DNA of 32,457 nucleotides, from assembly GCA_000934665.2 (NCBI GenBank), contig JYFJ02007352.1, forward strand, positions 1 to 32,457, written 5' to 3'. This DNA is from Catajapyx aquilonaris (Eukaryota). Below the pieces are notes generated by a model. It did no database searches. It saw nothing but the letters and a program-made list of their open reading frames with translations, and was not told the origin of the DNA. The position numbers were made by a program, and so were the translations under genes. Below are positions 22,701 to 32,457 of the stretch, piece by piece (position 1 is the stretch's first letter; each line of letters begins with the position of its first letter).

Positions 22701-25700
22701 AAAAGTACATCTGCACTGAATAACAATTCTTCTACGACGGTCACCGGATGAATGCTGAAAGGATGGGGGTGTTACATTTTTCGCATGAAAATCCCCCATG
22801 AAACGGGATTACCGCACTAGTTTCGCATTATGTAAATGCGCTGAATCATTACCTAATTGCCCTTTGTGTTTACTCCCGCTCAAGTAGGCCGCCGCATAAT
22901 CTCCCCATAACCAAAAGGTAAACGCTCCAAAAATTGCCCTCCCATAGTGTTTACTATCTCAGATTTGATGTAGGCCCTCCCGCGACAACATGCAGCACCG
23001 AGTTTGCGCATTGTTCTCCATAATGGAAAACGGCTCGGAATTCGCAAAACTGATTGTTTATCTAAGAAAACCCCCCACTTCGCAGCAGGGTTTATGATTG
23101 CTCGTGGCAACACTGGCCTCGACGGTTCCTTCCTTCGTCCTCCTGGAGGGCAGCGGCACAAATCTCCCGAATAAGGGCTATTGGCTGCCCTATTACTGGA
23201 TGAAAAGCTGAGCTCGGACAAGGAAATAATTTCCCCCGTGTTGAATGCCAAGGGGTCCTTGAGAGGGAATGCAGCCTTGGTGTTGCCACAACACCAGAAA
23301 AGAGGGGAGTGGCTTTGCTGCTGGTCCCTTGCCAAAAACATGTTCCTTGCTGCTGTTGGGTTCTCCCCTACTTATTTTTCAAGACCGAAAAATCTTGCGG
23401 GCCTATCAAGGTCTTGGGTGACTTGCATCGAGCAATCAAAGCCTACCTTAACGGCCTTCGTGATACGCTACACCAAGTTGCTCTCACAAATTGCCGTTAG
23501 GATTCGGCCAAGTAAGGAAATCGGCCATTAATCCGGAAATTTTTGCCCTCTCCTCACCAGCTGCATTATTAATATCGGAGGCGTCAGGGCCTCAGCCTAC
23601 GACACTAAAGCCCTTGTGAGAGATAAGTCTGTGCGGTTCTCTGACAACCTTGGAGTCTCAATTAGAGCATGTGGAAGTGAATGAGATGCACTGGCTCCTC
23701 ACGGGTTCCCTAGCTAGGACAGCCTTCTGAAATATGTAGCCTCGCATCTGGATCGTATTTAAATGCATTTAAAAGCTAAGGAAAATGTATGCCTCCACTG
23801 CACCAAGTCACGCCAGCTTAACCCCTGAAGCACGAGTCAGGCTAGTGAAAATTAACTACACTTGTAACCCCACTGGTGCACTGTCATAAACTAAGACCTG
23901 TGGTGGTCATGTTCTCTTTCCGGTTTCTATGGACAAGATACTCGACTAAATTCGTGAGTCATTCCATACTATAATGACGAGGAAACCGTGGGCAGACCAT
24001 GTGGCTCAAGAGGGTACAAAAAAGGAAACAAAAAAAAATACAAAAAAATCGTTTGGCCCCTGCAGGACACTTCCCCATCAACAAAGAAAGGTGATGTGTT
24101 GCCGCCTATTTCAGGATGGAACCTGGATGACGCTTATTTTCGAGGTAATTTATTATAATGCTTCCTGCTTCCACCTGGCCTTCCTTATTGTTTGCCCAGC
24201 CCTATCAATAAGGATAATATGTGGGGACAGGTTCGATTTTGTATTTTTTTCCAACGATATTCCTCGCACAAGTTTATAGATTTACTGTGGCAATATAACT
24301 TTCGTAGTTTGCAATCATGGTTACGTTCACTATCGTGCATCGCAACTCCGGCTTCGTTGCCTCGGGAAATGAAGACGAGGTGACGAAAACACATCATGAG
24401 GAGAACAAAAGTCCGACAGATGCGGCTTGTCCGCATGACAGATTGTAACTTACAAAATATGAAAGTTGGGAATGTCAGCAGCGGGAACTTACAAAATGCA
24501 CGAAGCATCTGGGGTAGAAAAACATTACAGAAGTTGGGGAGCCCTACCGTACGTTAATGAGTGCGGTTTCGCCAAGGGCGATACACGATGATATCTGAAC
24601 AAATATTATTCTTCTCGGTTCATATATTATCTGTTCCCTCGATGTGTTGAACGAATTATCCTTCCTTCTGCTGCACGGCCTCTGGATGAGTTACCAGGTT
24701 CTGATTCGTGCAAAGCATTTTACGAGCTGACGGCATTAATTACTCCACGGCAACATTAATAATACACCCTGACCTTAATAACCGCAGGACTGCCCACTGA
24801 TTGTTATGTGCTGAAAGAACCAGCCGACATCTTTCAACCGTTAAATTAGACGTGTGATACTTCGACCCTTTCAGCGAAATTTCGTCACTCACGATGACCG
24901 CTTACACCGCACGGGGTGCCACACAAGACATCCCTAAGGTATAACTAGGCCAGTTCAGGTTGACATGTGTCTTTTTCCTGCTTTGAAATAACACAGCGAG
25001 CACAGTTATTTAATGCGCATATTCTGCAGCCAGCCGCACCTTACAATTCTCATGAAAATGGATCCTGAAACGAACTTACATGGAGTTGCAATAAATTATT
25101 ACTGGGGTGTGGTCTGCACCGCGCAATAAATATTTACGCACGTGTGATTTAGGTACAGCTACGCTGCAGAAGAGGGGCCATGATTACGGTGAGTGCACCT
25201 AACACATGCGCAAAATGAAGCTCCCTAACTCATCCTACCATAGTATAGATCCTAGCCTGACCTTTTGAACCCTGTTATAAGCTGCTGTTAAAATAGACCG
25301 TGATAAATGCTCCTCCAGATATCCACTCTGCTTAGTCCAGCAACAGTTCCTGTTCAATCCCCTCTTTCAATAGCACCCCCACTATTTATAGTCCTTCCAA
25401 TAGATCCGTTTTATATATAGCCTCCCCTTTGCCAGCTGATAACGATTTCAGGCAGTCGTTACCTAAAGATCCACCCAGCAGGTGTTCTTTTCCTTACATG
25501 CCCTACCGATTTCCCTCTTTTCATGAAAACCAACCCGGTAGCTGCATATAAAAAAAAGCTGTTTTATCTAGGAAAAATAACATTTGATGAGGGGAACTAC
25601 CAGAAATGGTACGCGTCAGCTGCTGATTAGTGGCTTCCCCCTTTAAAAAACCCTTCACCATGGGGGTGAAAACTAGAAAAGCAGCCCTTTTCCCCCTCTA

Positions 25701-27683
25701 ACAAACGAGGTGGTTTTCGATTTAAAATGCTTTGGAGACACCTGCTCAGCCATAGGGGAGGTTATTTCTGGAAGACGCTTTTGGGGTCAGACCCTCGCAT
25801 TATTGCCACTCATTGGACCGAATCTAGGCCTCCGGATTTTGTCTTTGTCCCTCAGACCTTCTCATTATATGTACAGCAGTGAAAAACCTGCGGTGCCTTT
25901 CTAATAAATAAAAAAGGAGGGGTACTGCCTATTCGAGATTGCTCGACTATAAAGCCTTTTCCTAGTAGAAAGCAACAAGCCATTATGGGATATACGGCCC
26001 CAATTTTATTAATGGACTTCGATTCGGGGATCCCCACGATGACGGTTCTGAGTGCCAAAGAGTGTTGAGAAGTCGAGGAAAGCGTGACAATTCCACCGTC
26101 TCCGGAAAGGTCAAGTGCTGAGGTCCAGCATGTAACGTGACGCCCGAGGTGTACGAGGACTCCAGGCTTAATGACGGGAATAACAGCCCTTTGTCCTTAC
26201 TTTATTGCTGTCTTATTCGCTAAAATAATGCCTGGTTTTGTCAGGTCGTGTTGCACCTACAGAACTTTAGATGCGCAATTTGCGCTGAGCACGCTGCTCA
26301 AGTCTCGCTGAGTTGAAACCCGATTCTAGAGCCGCCTTTATCGTCGGGTGTCACAAAAAAAGCGCCACTTTTTTTTTTGTCACGCTTGATATCCTCTTCC
26401 TGAAGAATATGATGCCGGTTCAAAGACGAGATATGAGAAATTAACCCTGAATGATGGTTGAAGCCACGACGCTAAATTAAACTACAGTGTGTATAGCCTC
26501 GCGAGAGAAAAGCTATTTTGAATTTTCCCTAGAGGAAGCTACATCTACACTCAGCCCGACGCAAATCAATGAGATAAACATCTATTGGACGGTTGTTGTC
26601 TTGGAGATCTGCGCACTCCCACGAAATCAGTATGCAAAGCTATATTTCTTGCCTCAATTCTGCAGCCAGTTACAGAGGGAAATAATTTTCATTGATATAC
26701 TGTACGCAGATGTCAACATACAGGCAAAATAGATCGTTACTCCAGAGTTCACCCGCCTCCAGGGCAACAGCATCCAATCGGGAAAAGACACCTGTATATT
26801 CCGCAGTTCAGATTATCGGCTACAAAAATGTTTACTTCCTTTCTAGCACTTACAAAAAAAAGAACTCGAACGCTGATTATAAGCCACTTGCAAGTGGTGG
26901 GGTCAATTAAACTTTCAAAAACCTTTTGCACCCAGTCGTTACGCGTTCCTTCAACTCAATTACATGGCTGTGAGCAGTCGCCACCCAGGTAAAGCGGGGT
27001 CTACAGTTCTACCCGGTTATTTTTGAGAGTGTAGATATAAGTGGTCAGTCTGTGGAAGGTATACATAAAAATTGCTCATAATGGCCGCCACCCGTGCACG
27101 AAAGCCCCGCAGCCAATGCCAGATAGTGGAGGCCCCCGTGATGATACATTCGGAATGTTAGCGCGAATTACTGCTCAAACCCCCTCCTGCCGTATACGGG
27201 TACCGTCGGACGTCCATCACCGCATGAAAAATATCGCAGGCAACAACATAAGTAAGCAGAATAACTATAATTCCCCCGCAGATTTAAGCGGAGCAGGGGG
27301 GGTCGAAATTGGCATGTAATTTTGGGCGCACGTGTGTGCAGTCGGGAGTCACATAATTCCATGTAAAGAAAGGCGTACGAATCACGATTTCCCTGGAAAT
27401 GAAAGGGGCCCCGGCACGGGAGCAGTGACGTGCACTTGCCCAGATCGCCCCCACCAGCCACGGTGGCAGAGGTCAAACTCTGGCCAAACACACGTGACGA
27501 AATAACGATAAACAGATTATTTTTTGTAATGTACTTACCGAACTGGACGTAGATCTTTGGAGTCAGGTCCTGGTTCCAGAAGGCGCTGGCGCAGGTGGGG
27601 AGTGCCAGCAGGCGCAGCGCCAGAGCCAGCTGCAGCGCCAGCAGCCCAGGTGCGCATGCGCCCAACCCAACCTCCGTCGCCAT
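9318..27683 (-). CDS. Sema1a: Semaphorin-1a-like transmembrane protein, 11 coding exons: complement(join(9318..9489,9890..10091,10495..10719,10887..11069,11438..11785,13120..13407,13909..14052,14512..14742,14805..15174,22191..22339,27539..27683)), 818 aa
   Basis: The protein has a signal peptide, Sema-domain motifs (CQNYIRV, CGTNAFKPQC, CPYDP, FFFRETAVE, WTSFLKARLNCS, SAICAF, LFVGT|DDG), a PSI domain (CSECVALRDPYCAWD), a TM helix and a cytoplasmic tail ending KVKKIYL as in arthropod Sema-1a. All ten introns are GT-AG with matching phases, and the total of 2457 nt is divisible by 3. Confidence 0.93.
9890..10091 (-). CDS. Sema1a: Sema1a coding exon 10 (transmembrane helix)
   Basis: YSQETLAIAVSTACIAALVVGFISGFLLSRRCR is a typical Sema-1a TM segment. 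Acceptor atgtAG, donor GTGCGT, phases 1/2. Confidence 0.93.
10495..10719 (-). CDS. Sema1a: Sema1a coding exon 9 (Pro/Gly/Ser-rich stalk)
   Basis: GC-rich open frame between acceptor ttgtAG and donor GTGAGC, phase 1/1. Confidence 0.75.
10887..11069 (-). CDS. Sema1a: Sema1a coding exon 8 (Thr-rich stalk with CPPCECAC)
   Basis: Open frame between acceptor atatAG and donor GTCAGT. Phase 1/1 fits both neighbours. Low complexity, so no homology support. Confidence 0.75.
10981..11016. repeat. Perfect 18-bp coding tandem duplication (TGTPPT x2) flanked by (GGT)n triplet runs
   Basis: GGTGGGCGGAGTCCCAGT at 10981-10998 and 10999-11016. Confidence 0.9.
11438..11785 (-). CDS. Sema1a: Sema1a coding exon 7 (end of Sema domain and PSI domain)
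   Basis: DGRVLK...CSECVALRDPYCAWD...LVQNVATGEHSSCP. Acceptor accAG, donor GTAATG. Confidence 0.95.
13120..13407 (-). CDS. Sema1a: Sema1a coding exon 6
   Basis: PFKEQETMNSNWLPV...VPEPPPGQC...LNFVKSHSLMDEAVP...YDVLFVGT. Acceptor tgacAG, donor GTATGT. Confidence 0.95.
13733..13772 (+). repeat. (TC)20 microsatellite ending at an ambiguous base (N, 13773)
   Basis: Read directly. The N suggests a contig join, so the true length is unknown. Confidence 0.95.
13909..14052 (-). CDS. Sema1a: Sema1a coding exon 5
   Basis: LLYATFTTPANSIAGSAICAFRLQDILDTFE. Acceptor ttacAG, donor GTAAAT. Confidence 0.94.
14512..14742 (-). CDS. Sema1a: Sema1a coding exon 4
   Basis: PNFVSS...FFFRETAVEYINCGK...WTSFLKARLNCS...FYFDEI. 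Follows a 62-nt intron, donor GTGAGT. Confidence 0.95.
14805..15174 (-). CDS. Sema1a: Sema1a coding exon 3
   Basis: RIEWQ...CQNYIRV...CGTNAFKPQC...CPYDP...LRTEQYDLKHLN. Acceptor tttcAG, donor GTGAGT. Confidence 0.95.
17609..17626 (+). repeat. (TG)9 microsatellite
   Basis: Read directly. Confidence 0.9.
22191..22339 (-). CDS. Sema1a: Sema1a coding exon 2 (EEPVERFLGNETQLDHFRLL...DLTEHRDQ)
   Basis: Start of the Sema domain (LLVGGRNVVYNVSL). Acceptor ttacAG, donor GTTGGT, phases 1/0. Confidence 0.93.
27539..27683 (-). CDS. Sema1a: Sema1a coding exon 1 (signal peptide; ...AFWNQDLTPKIYVQF)
   Basis: gccATGG start context, Leu/Ala-rich signal peptide, donor GTAAGT, phase 1. Confidence 0.85.
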
Positions 27684-29103
27684 GGCAGATTTACCAGACC
27701 CTTCACATGGCGCCGCCCTGCAACAATGCACCACAGTATAATACGGAGAAGGGGGGAGAGAGACGGGGATTATACACTGGGCTGTGTACACACTCGCGCC
27801 TCCGAAGGCAAACAACCGCCACAGGTAGACCAATAGGAGATGCCCTTGGCAACGTAGTGGCGTCATGACGCAGGTCGGGGAAGCTTACGTAACTCTTCTT
27901 TGTGCAAATTAACTGCCGGGGATGGTTTAAGTGCGAGACCGCATTGGTTTCCCGCTTTCCCCCCTCATTATTATCGACTGGACTATTTTTAAAACGGGCC
28001 ATGTACTCGGGAAAGTGCGAGTAATGCGAGTTCTGTGTGGGCTTCGTGCCGTGAAAACCCAGGTGTTAATTGGGCAATAACCAATTAATAACGCCCGGAT
28101 ACAGCAATACGCGCCGCAACATGAGATCCTTCAATTATTAGCTCCATAAGCATTTCAGACATCGCATAAAAATGTCACCTCCCTGCATGCAAGTGCTCTA
28201 TGATATCTGCATGTCCAGAGCTCCCTTCGTGTCTTCTAAACTGTTACAACGGGGCACTGAAAACAAAAACTTACTTATCTTACAGAGCATGCAATTATAC
28301 TTTATTGCCAGGCCCCGAGGCGCGCTCACCGTATATCAACCGAATATTGTTGCACACACAGGGGCGGGTTTCCCACAGAACCGCTTACCGCAGTTACCCA
28401 GCTGCTGGATGCAGCCTACTTGCTGACGAACAATAGAGGCCCGATTTTGAAGGTGAAGCATACGCATAATTACACTGCATGTTCGGCCAATCTGAATCAA
28501 GGTTCATCCCGAAATAGCGAGCAGCGGCAACTCTTTTGTCTGCCGGGAAGTACAGTACATCTAGCGTGGCTACACAATGAATCCCCCATTTTCCGAGGGA
28601 CACCCTGTATTTGAAATTACATCTAAACTACCTAGCGAGGTGTTATCTGATCAAATTCCTACGAAACCAGGTCTTGGTCAGAGGGAGGGTGGAAACAAAA
28701 AGTATGTAGAATACAAAGTGAAAGTGCAATTTTTTTATTTTCCTGACCGACAACAAACACGAAAAAAAGTGCTGGAGTAGGTAAATCATCTCTCTCCTTG
28801 GATAAAGTCGCCTAGCAACTGGCTAACTACCGAGGCGCTGAATTATTTCTGCATAGTTTGCCCTTGACACATATTGTCCTGCCAAATGCCATTTTGACTG
28901 GACAACACGGCTTTGCGCGTTCGACGCAAAAGTGTCCACGTCCGTTGGTTCGTTCGTTCCCCCTGGTCATTTCATGTGGCAACCCCGAAGAGGCTGCTGC
29001 CGTGCCCTTTGCCCATCCATCCCACGCTGTTGCCAGATATTCTTAATGGCCTCCTCTCGTGTCAGACTACCCTCGACACGCACCATTTCTTTTTTTGTAT
29101 ATA

Positions 29104-29127
29104 TGCTGCTGCTGCTGCTGCTGCTGC
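29104..29127 (+). repeat. (TGC)8 microsatellite
   Basis: Read directly. Confidence 0.9.
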
Positions 29128-32100
29128 CCTCCCCCCTTAAAATTTACCTTGCGAGACTACCTGCCTGGAAAAACACACCGTCACTCTCTCATCAGGAACT
29201 ACTTCCCGTCATGGCTTCCTATTTAAGCCAACGTCCCCTCGTGTTGTTATTCTTCTTTGACGCTGCCAGCCGTCCACGTCATCGCAAACCTGCCACTTCG
29301 GCACATCAATTTATTTCCATGCATTCAATTACCTTCATGGCATGTTCATTTTGCGCGCCACTTCAGCGTACACTCGGGCTATTCCGGGGTGCCCTTCCAG
29401 CACAACACAGTCATGCACTCTCTCCCTGCCTGACGCGCACATACACCACATGAACAGTTTTACAATGTGCCAGGTGATTAAGACAGGTCATGCACTCTGT
29501 GCAGTTAAATATCATGTCGCTTTTGATGGGACAGGCAATGCCGCAGGAGCGATTTATTACGAAGAGAGGCACAGTTCCATGAAACGGATCGCAGGCGTTT
29601 CCTCCAAACTGAAACCTATACGCAAGTTTTGGTTTCCACGCTACAATCCTAAATGGCCATGATCACTCATTTCTATGTCCATCAAACGAACATGATTCAG
29701 CAACACTAAAACCATGAAACTGTATATAACCTACCCTCGTATAACGCAGAATAAGTTGCAGCCCAAACCTGTAGAAAGTTATACAGCCCTAACCGAGGTG
29801 TGTACTGTACTTTCCCCCAATCTACAGCGCCTGCGGGCCCTGCTAACCCCACCCTGCTGCTGCTCCCTGTGATCCCCCAATGCGAATGATCCTCACCACC
29901 AGCCTCATTCTCTCTAAAAAAAACTGAGTTGTATAACATTATAACTGTGGTAGTTCAATTTCCTCTACAGACTGTGGTTGGCAGATATTGAGTCAGACCT
30001 ACTCTCCCAACCACAACCTGAGAGAGAAAAAGGAGGAAGGTGCACTATTGTTTCTATGATAGGCCTTTTTAACCGCATATCAGGTGCTATTTCCTTACTC
30101 GTGATCAAGTTAGCGTTACTAACTAGTTCTGACAGTTTGGGGCAAGGTCAGTTTCTTTTTTATTCGAAGGAAAAATGCAGCTTTCAGGAAGTAAAGCACT
30201 GTGCGCCCATGACCATCAAATGTAAATTATACACAAGCTGGCAGGTATTCAACGCTCGTGACAAGCGAAAAGGAAGTGGATTGAAATAAAATGATGAAAG
30301 CATTAAGTTATTGGCAAACCGGCATTACGAATTATTATTGGAATAACTGCAAAATAGTCGTAACTTCTCCACACGACTTTTTACCAAATTCGACATACAC
30401 ACGTTCCTGTTAGAGATCCACTGATATCTTTTTCGTTGCAAGGTTGTATGTAACACCGTGTGAACCAGAATCGGACGTAATGTGTATCAGGTACGTAAAA
30501 TAATTACAACGTTTAGTACCCTAATTCCGGCACCCCATGACATCGCTACGCTTGTCTGAATTTGGTAAATTGGAACCCATTCGAAGCACAGAATCAGGAG
30601 AGGAGGGGAGGAGGGAGCGACGTTGCCAGACCGGAACAAAATTCCGAAACTCTGTTCTGCCAGCATTATTCACACCCCGTGCAGCAACCTTGGCCGGCAA
30701 AGTGGAAACCAATGTTAATTGTCCTTACAACTCAACCGCCATAATTCCATCATTACTTGGGGGCAAGTGGCCTGGGCTACACTCGGACCAAAATGTAACG
30801 TCGTTCATCAGTGTCATCACAGCGATAAGATCTACTCTCCAGCATTTATATTATACTCCCAGCGATAAGAAAAACAGTTCCCAAAATCAATAATCCCCGC
30901 CGCCCCCTACTTGCATGATAAATAAACGGGCCGGGTGTGTAGTATATCCCTGGATAGACCGCAAATGGAGGCTTTTTGCTTGCTTGCCCCGCTTGTTTGT
31001 CACTGTTTTCCTGGCGCGAATGTCCAATCTTTGTCGTTATTGCGTCCGCGGCTTGCAGAACCAATTCAGGAACGCAATTACATCAAGGGGGCAGGGACCA
31101 GAAATGGGAAGGTGGTTACGGGGGCCGGGCAGGGAGGGAGGGGGAGACCCCTTTTTATTGGGGGGGGTCAATTGGCCCTAATGTTATTTCGGCACGGGGG
31201 CTACGGTTTAACTGGACAATAGGGTCGGGTCACCTCTTTCAATGTGGGGGCCCTGACCAAACGTTGCTGCTACACCAACACACATCCTCAAGCTCTTAAT
31301 CACCACTGCAAAATATACATACAGGCAGGATATACCCTACTTCGAGTCGTATTCAGAAACCTGCACTGTGGACACGCTCTAACTTTAGTTCAGGGCTAAA
31401 CTGGAACTGTGCAGGGAAAGAAACTCAGGCCAGGATGTATAAAAATGCAAATTATGCATTATGTTGCCCAGGATTAGTGCCTCAGAAGTTTTGACGGTCT
31501 GTACTGTTGTTGATTGGTAAACAATCTGCAAAGCTGCAAAAACAATACAATAAGAGCGTCAACTTAGGGCCGGTTGCAATCGTTACATGAAGCAAATGTG
31601 GGGGAAATGTCTACGTATAGACCGTGAAACTTGTGAAGCTGGACACCCAATATGTTGGACGTCTCGTAATGCTGGTCATATTCCTTGGAACAGTGTCCAA
31701 CACATGCAAGTTTCACATAATCCGACAATCTGAGATTTTCTCCTTAATTTGCGTCCATACAGCCTCTCTTCCCGTATAAAGTGTTTCTGAATGGCCGGCC
31801 TAGTTAGTCCTGAGACTAGCTAGTTCAGTCTTTGTCCCGTGATTGTCCAATGGTTTCTGAATACGACCCTCTGGGTTAGTGTACGTGGCAAAGGCCTTTT
31901 GGATTGGGTGTTAATGTTCGTAAGGTTTCTCCTCCAGGTTTTCATTCTCCGAAAAAGCGGACGTTGGAAAATCCCTGTTCGCAATTTGTCACCTGCAGTT
32001 TCCCGATTTGAGCCCATATAGTTCCCCCCAATCTGCGCCCCATTTTGGCGAGGGAAAATCGAGAGTTGAGCCAATATGTGTCATGGTGCCCCAAGGCAAC

Positions 32101-32457
32101 ATTTGTTTGATTCTCAAATGATCAGCTGTCAGATTCGCATTCCACGACCCCCCTAAAAATGAGTCGTTTCAGCACGAAAAAAAAACAGTCTGATCCGTGC
32201 CTTTAATAGCACCCAAAGGCAATTTTTTGTTTGACATTCCCAACGATTTGCTGTCAGGTTCGATATTCCGCAGTTCCAAGGCGACAACCCCTCCAAAAAA
32301 CCCTCCACCACTCCTCTCTCTCTCTCTCTCTCCGGAAAATCGTGCAACCATTCCCGGAATGCGACGCTTCTCCTCGGCCATCGGGAAATCCCGACAAAAG
32401 CAGGGAAACCCCACCTGAACTTGGGGTCACTGGAGCAACCCCTTGGTACAGGAGGGG

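Noticed and set aside
15175..27538. Many 60-150 aa ORFs in the two large Sema1a introns (possible nested gene)
   Set aside because: No recognisable domain, coding-like composition or coherent exon chain that I could see. A BLASTX search would be needed to exclude one fully.
28595..28608. GGGACACCCTGTA resembling a Tc1/mariner TIR end with TA
   Set aside because: No partner TIR found nearby.
28932..29453. 173-aa hydrophobic ORF
   Set aside because: The poly-Leu comes from a TGC microsatellite. The ORF starts at GTG, and I recognise no homology.

Overview
Eukaryotic genomic DNA, most likely an arthropod (inferred from the class-1 semaphorin, intron structure and microsatellites). Two intact multi-exon genes lie tail-to-tail, both reconstructed by hand with GT-AG introns and consistent phases. 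The first is an adenosine deaminase-like gene (ADAL/MAPDA, + strand, CDS join 3984..4088, 4337..4443, 5053..5728, 6116..6322, 364 aa). The second is a transmembrane semaphorin-1a-like gene (- strand, 11 coding exons from 27683 to 9318, 818 aa) with two large 5' introns and an unusual Thr/Pro/Gly-rich stalk carrying a CPPCECAC motif. The first 3.8 kb is non-coding but highly structured. It holds two abutting near-perfect palindromes (1580-1683), three copies of an unclassified repeat forming nested inverted pairs (1836-3776), a DINE-1/Helentron-like non-autonomous element (2196-2748) and a GC-rich block rich in promoter motifs. Most other ORFs in the track are spurious. I found no prokaryotic-type system, CRISPR array, tRNA/rRNA or transposase ORF.
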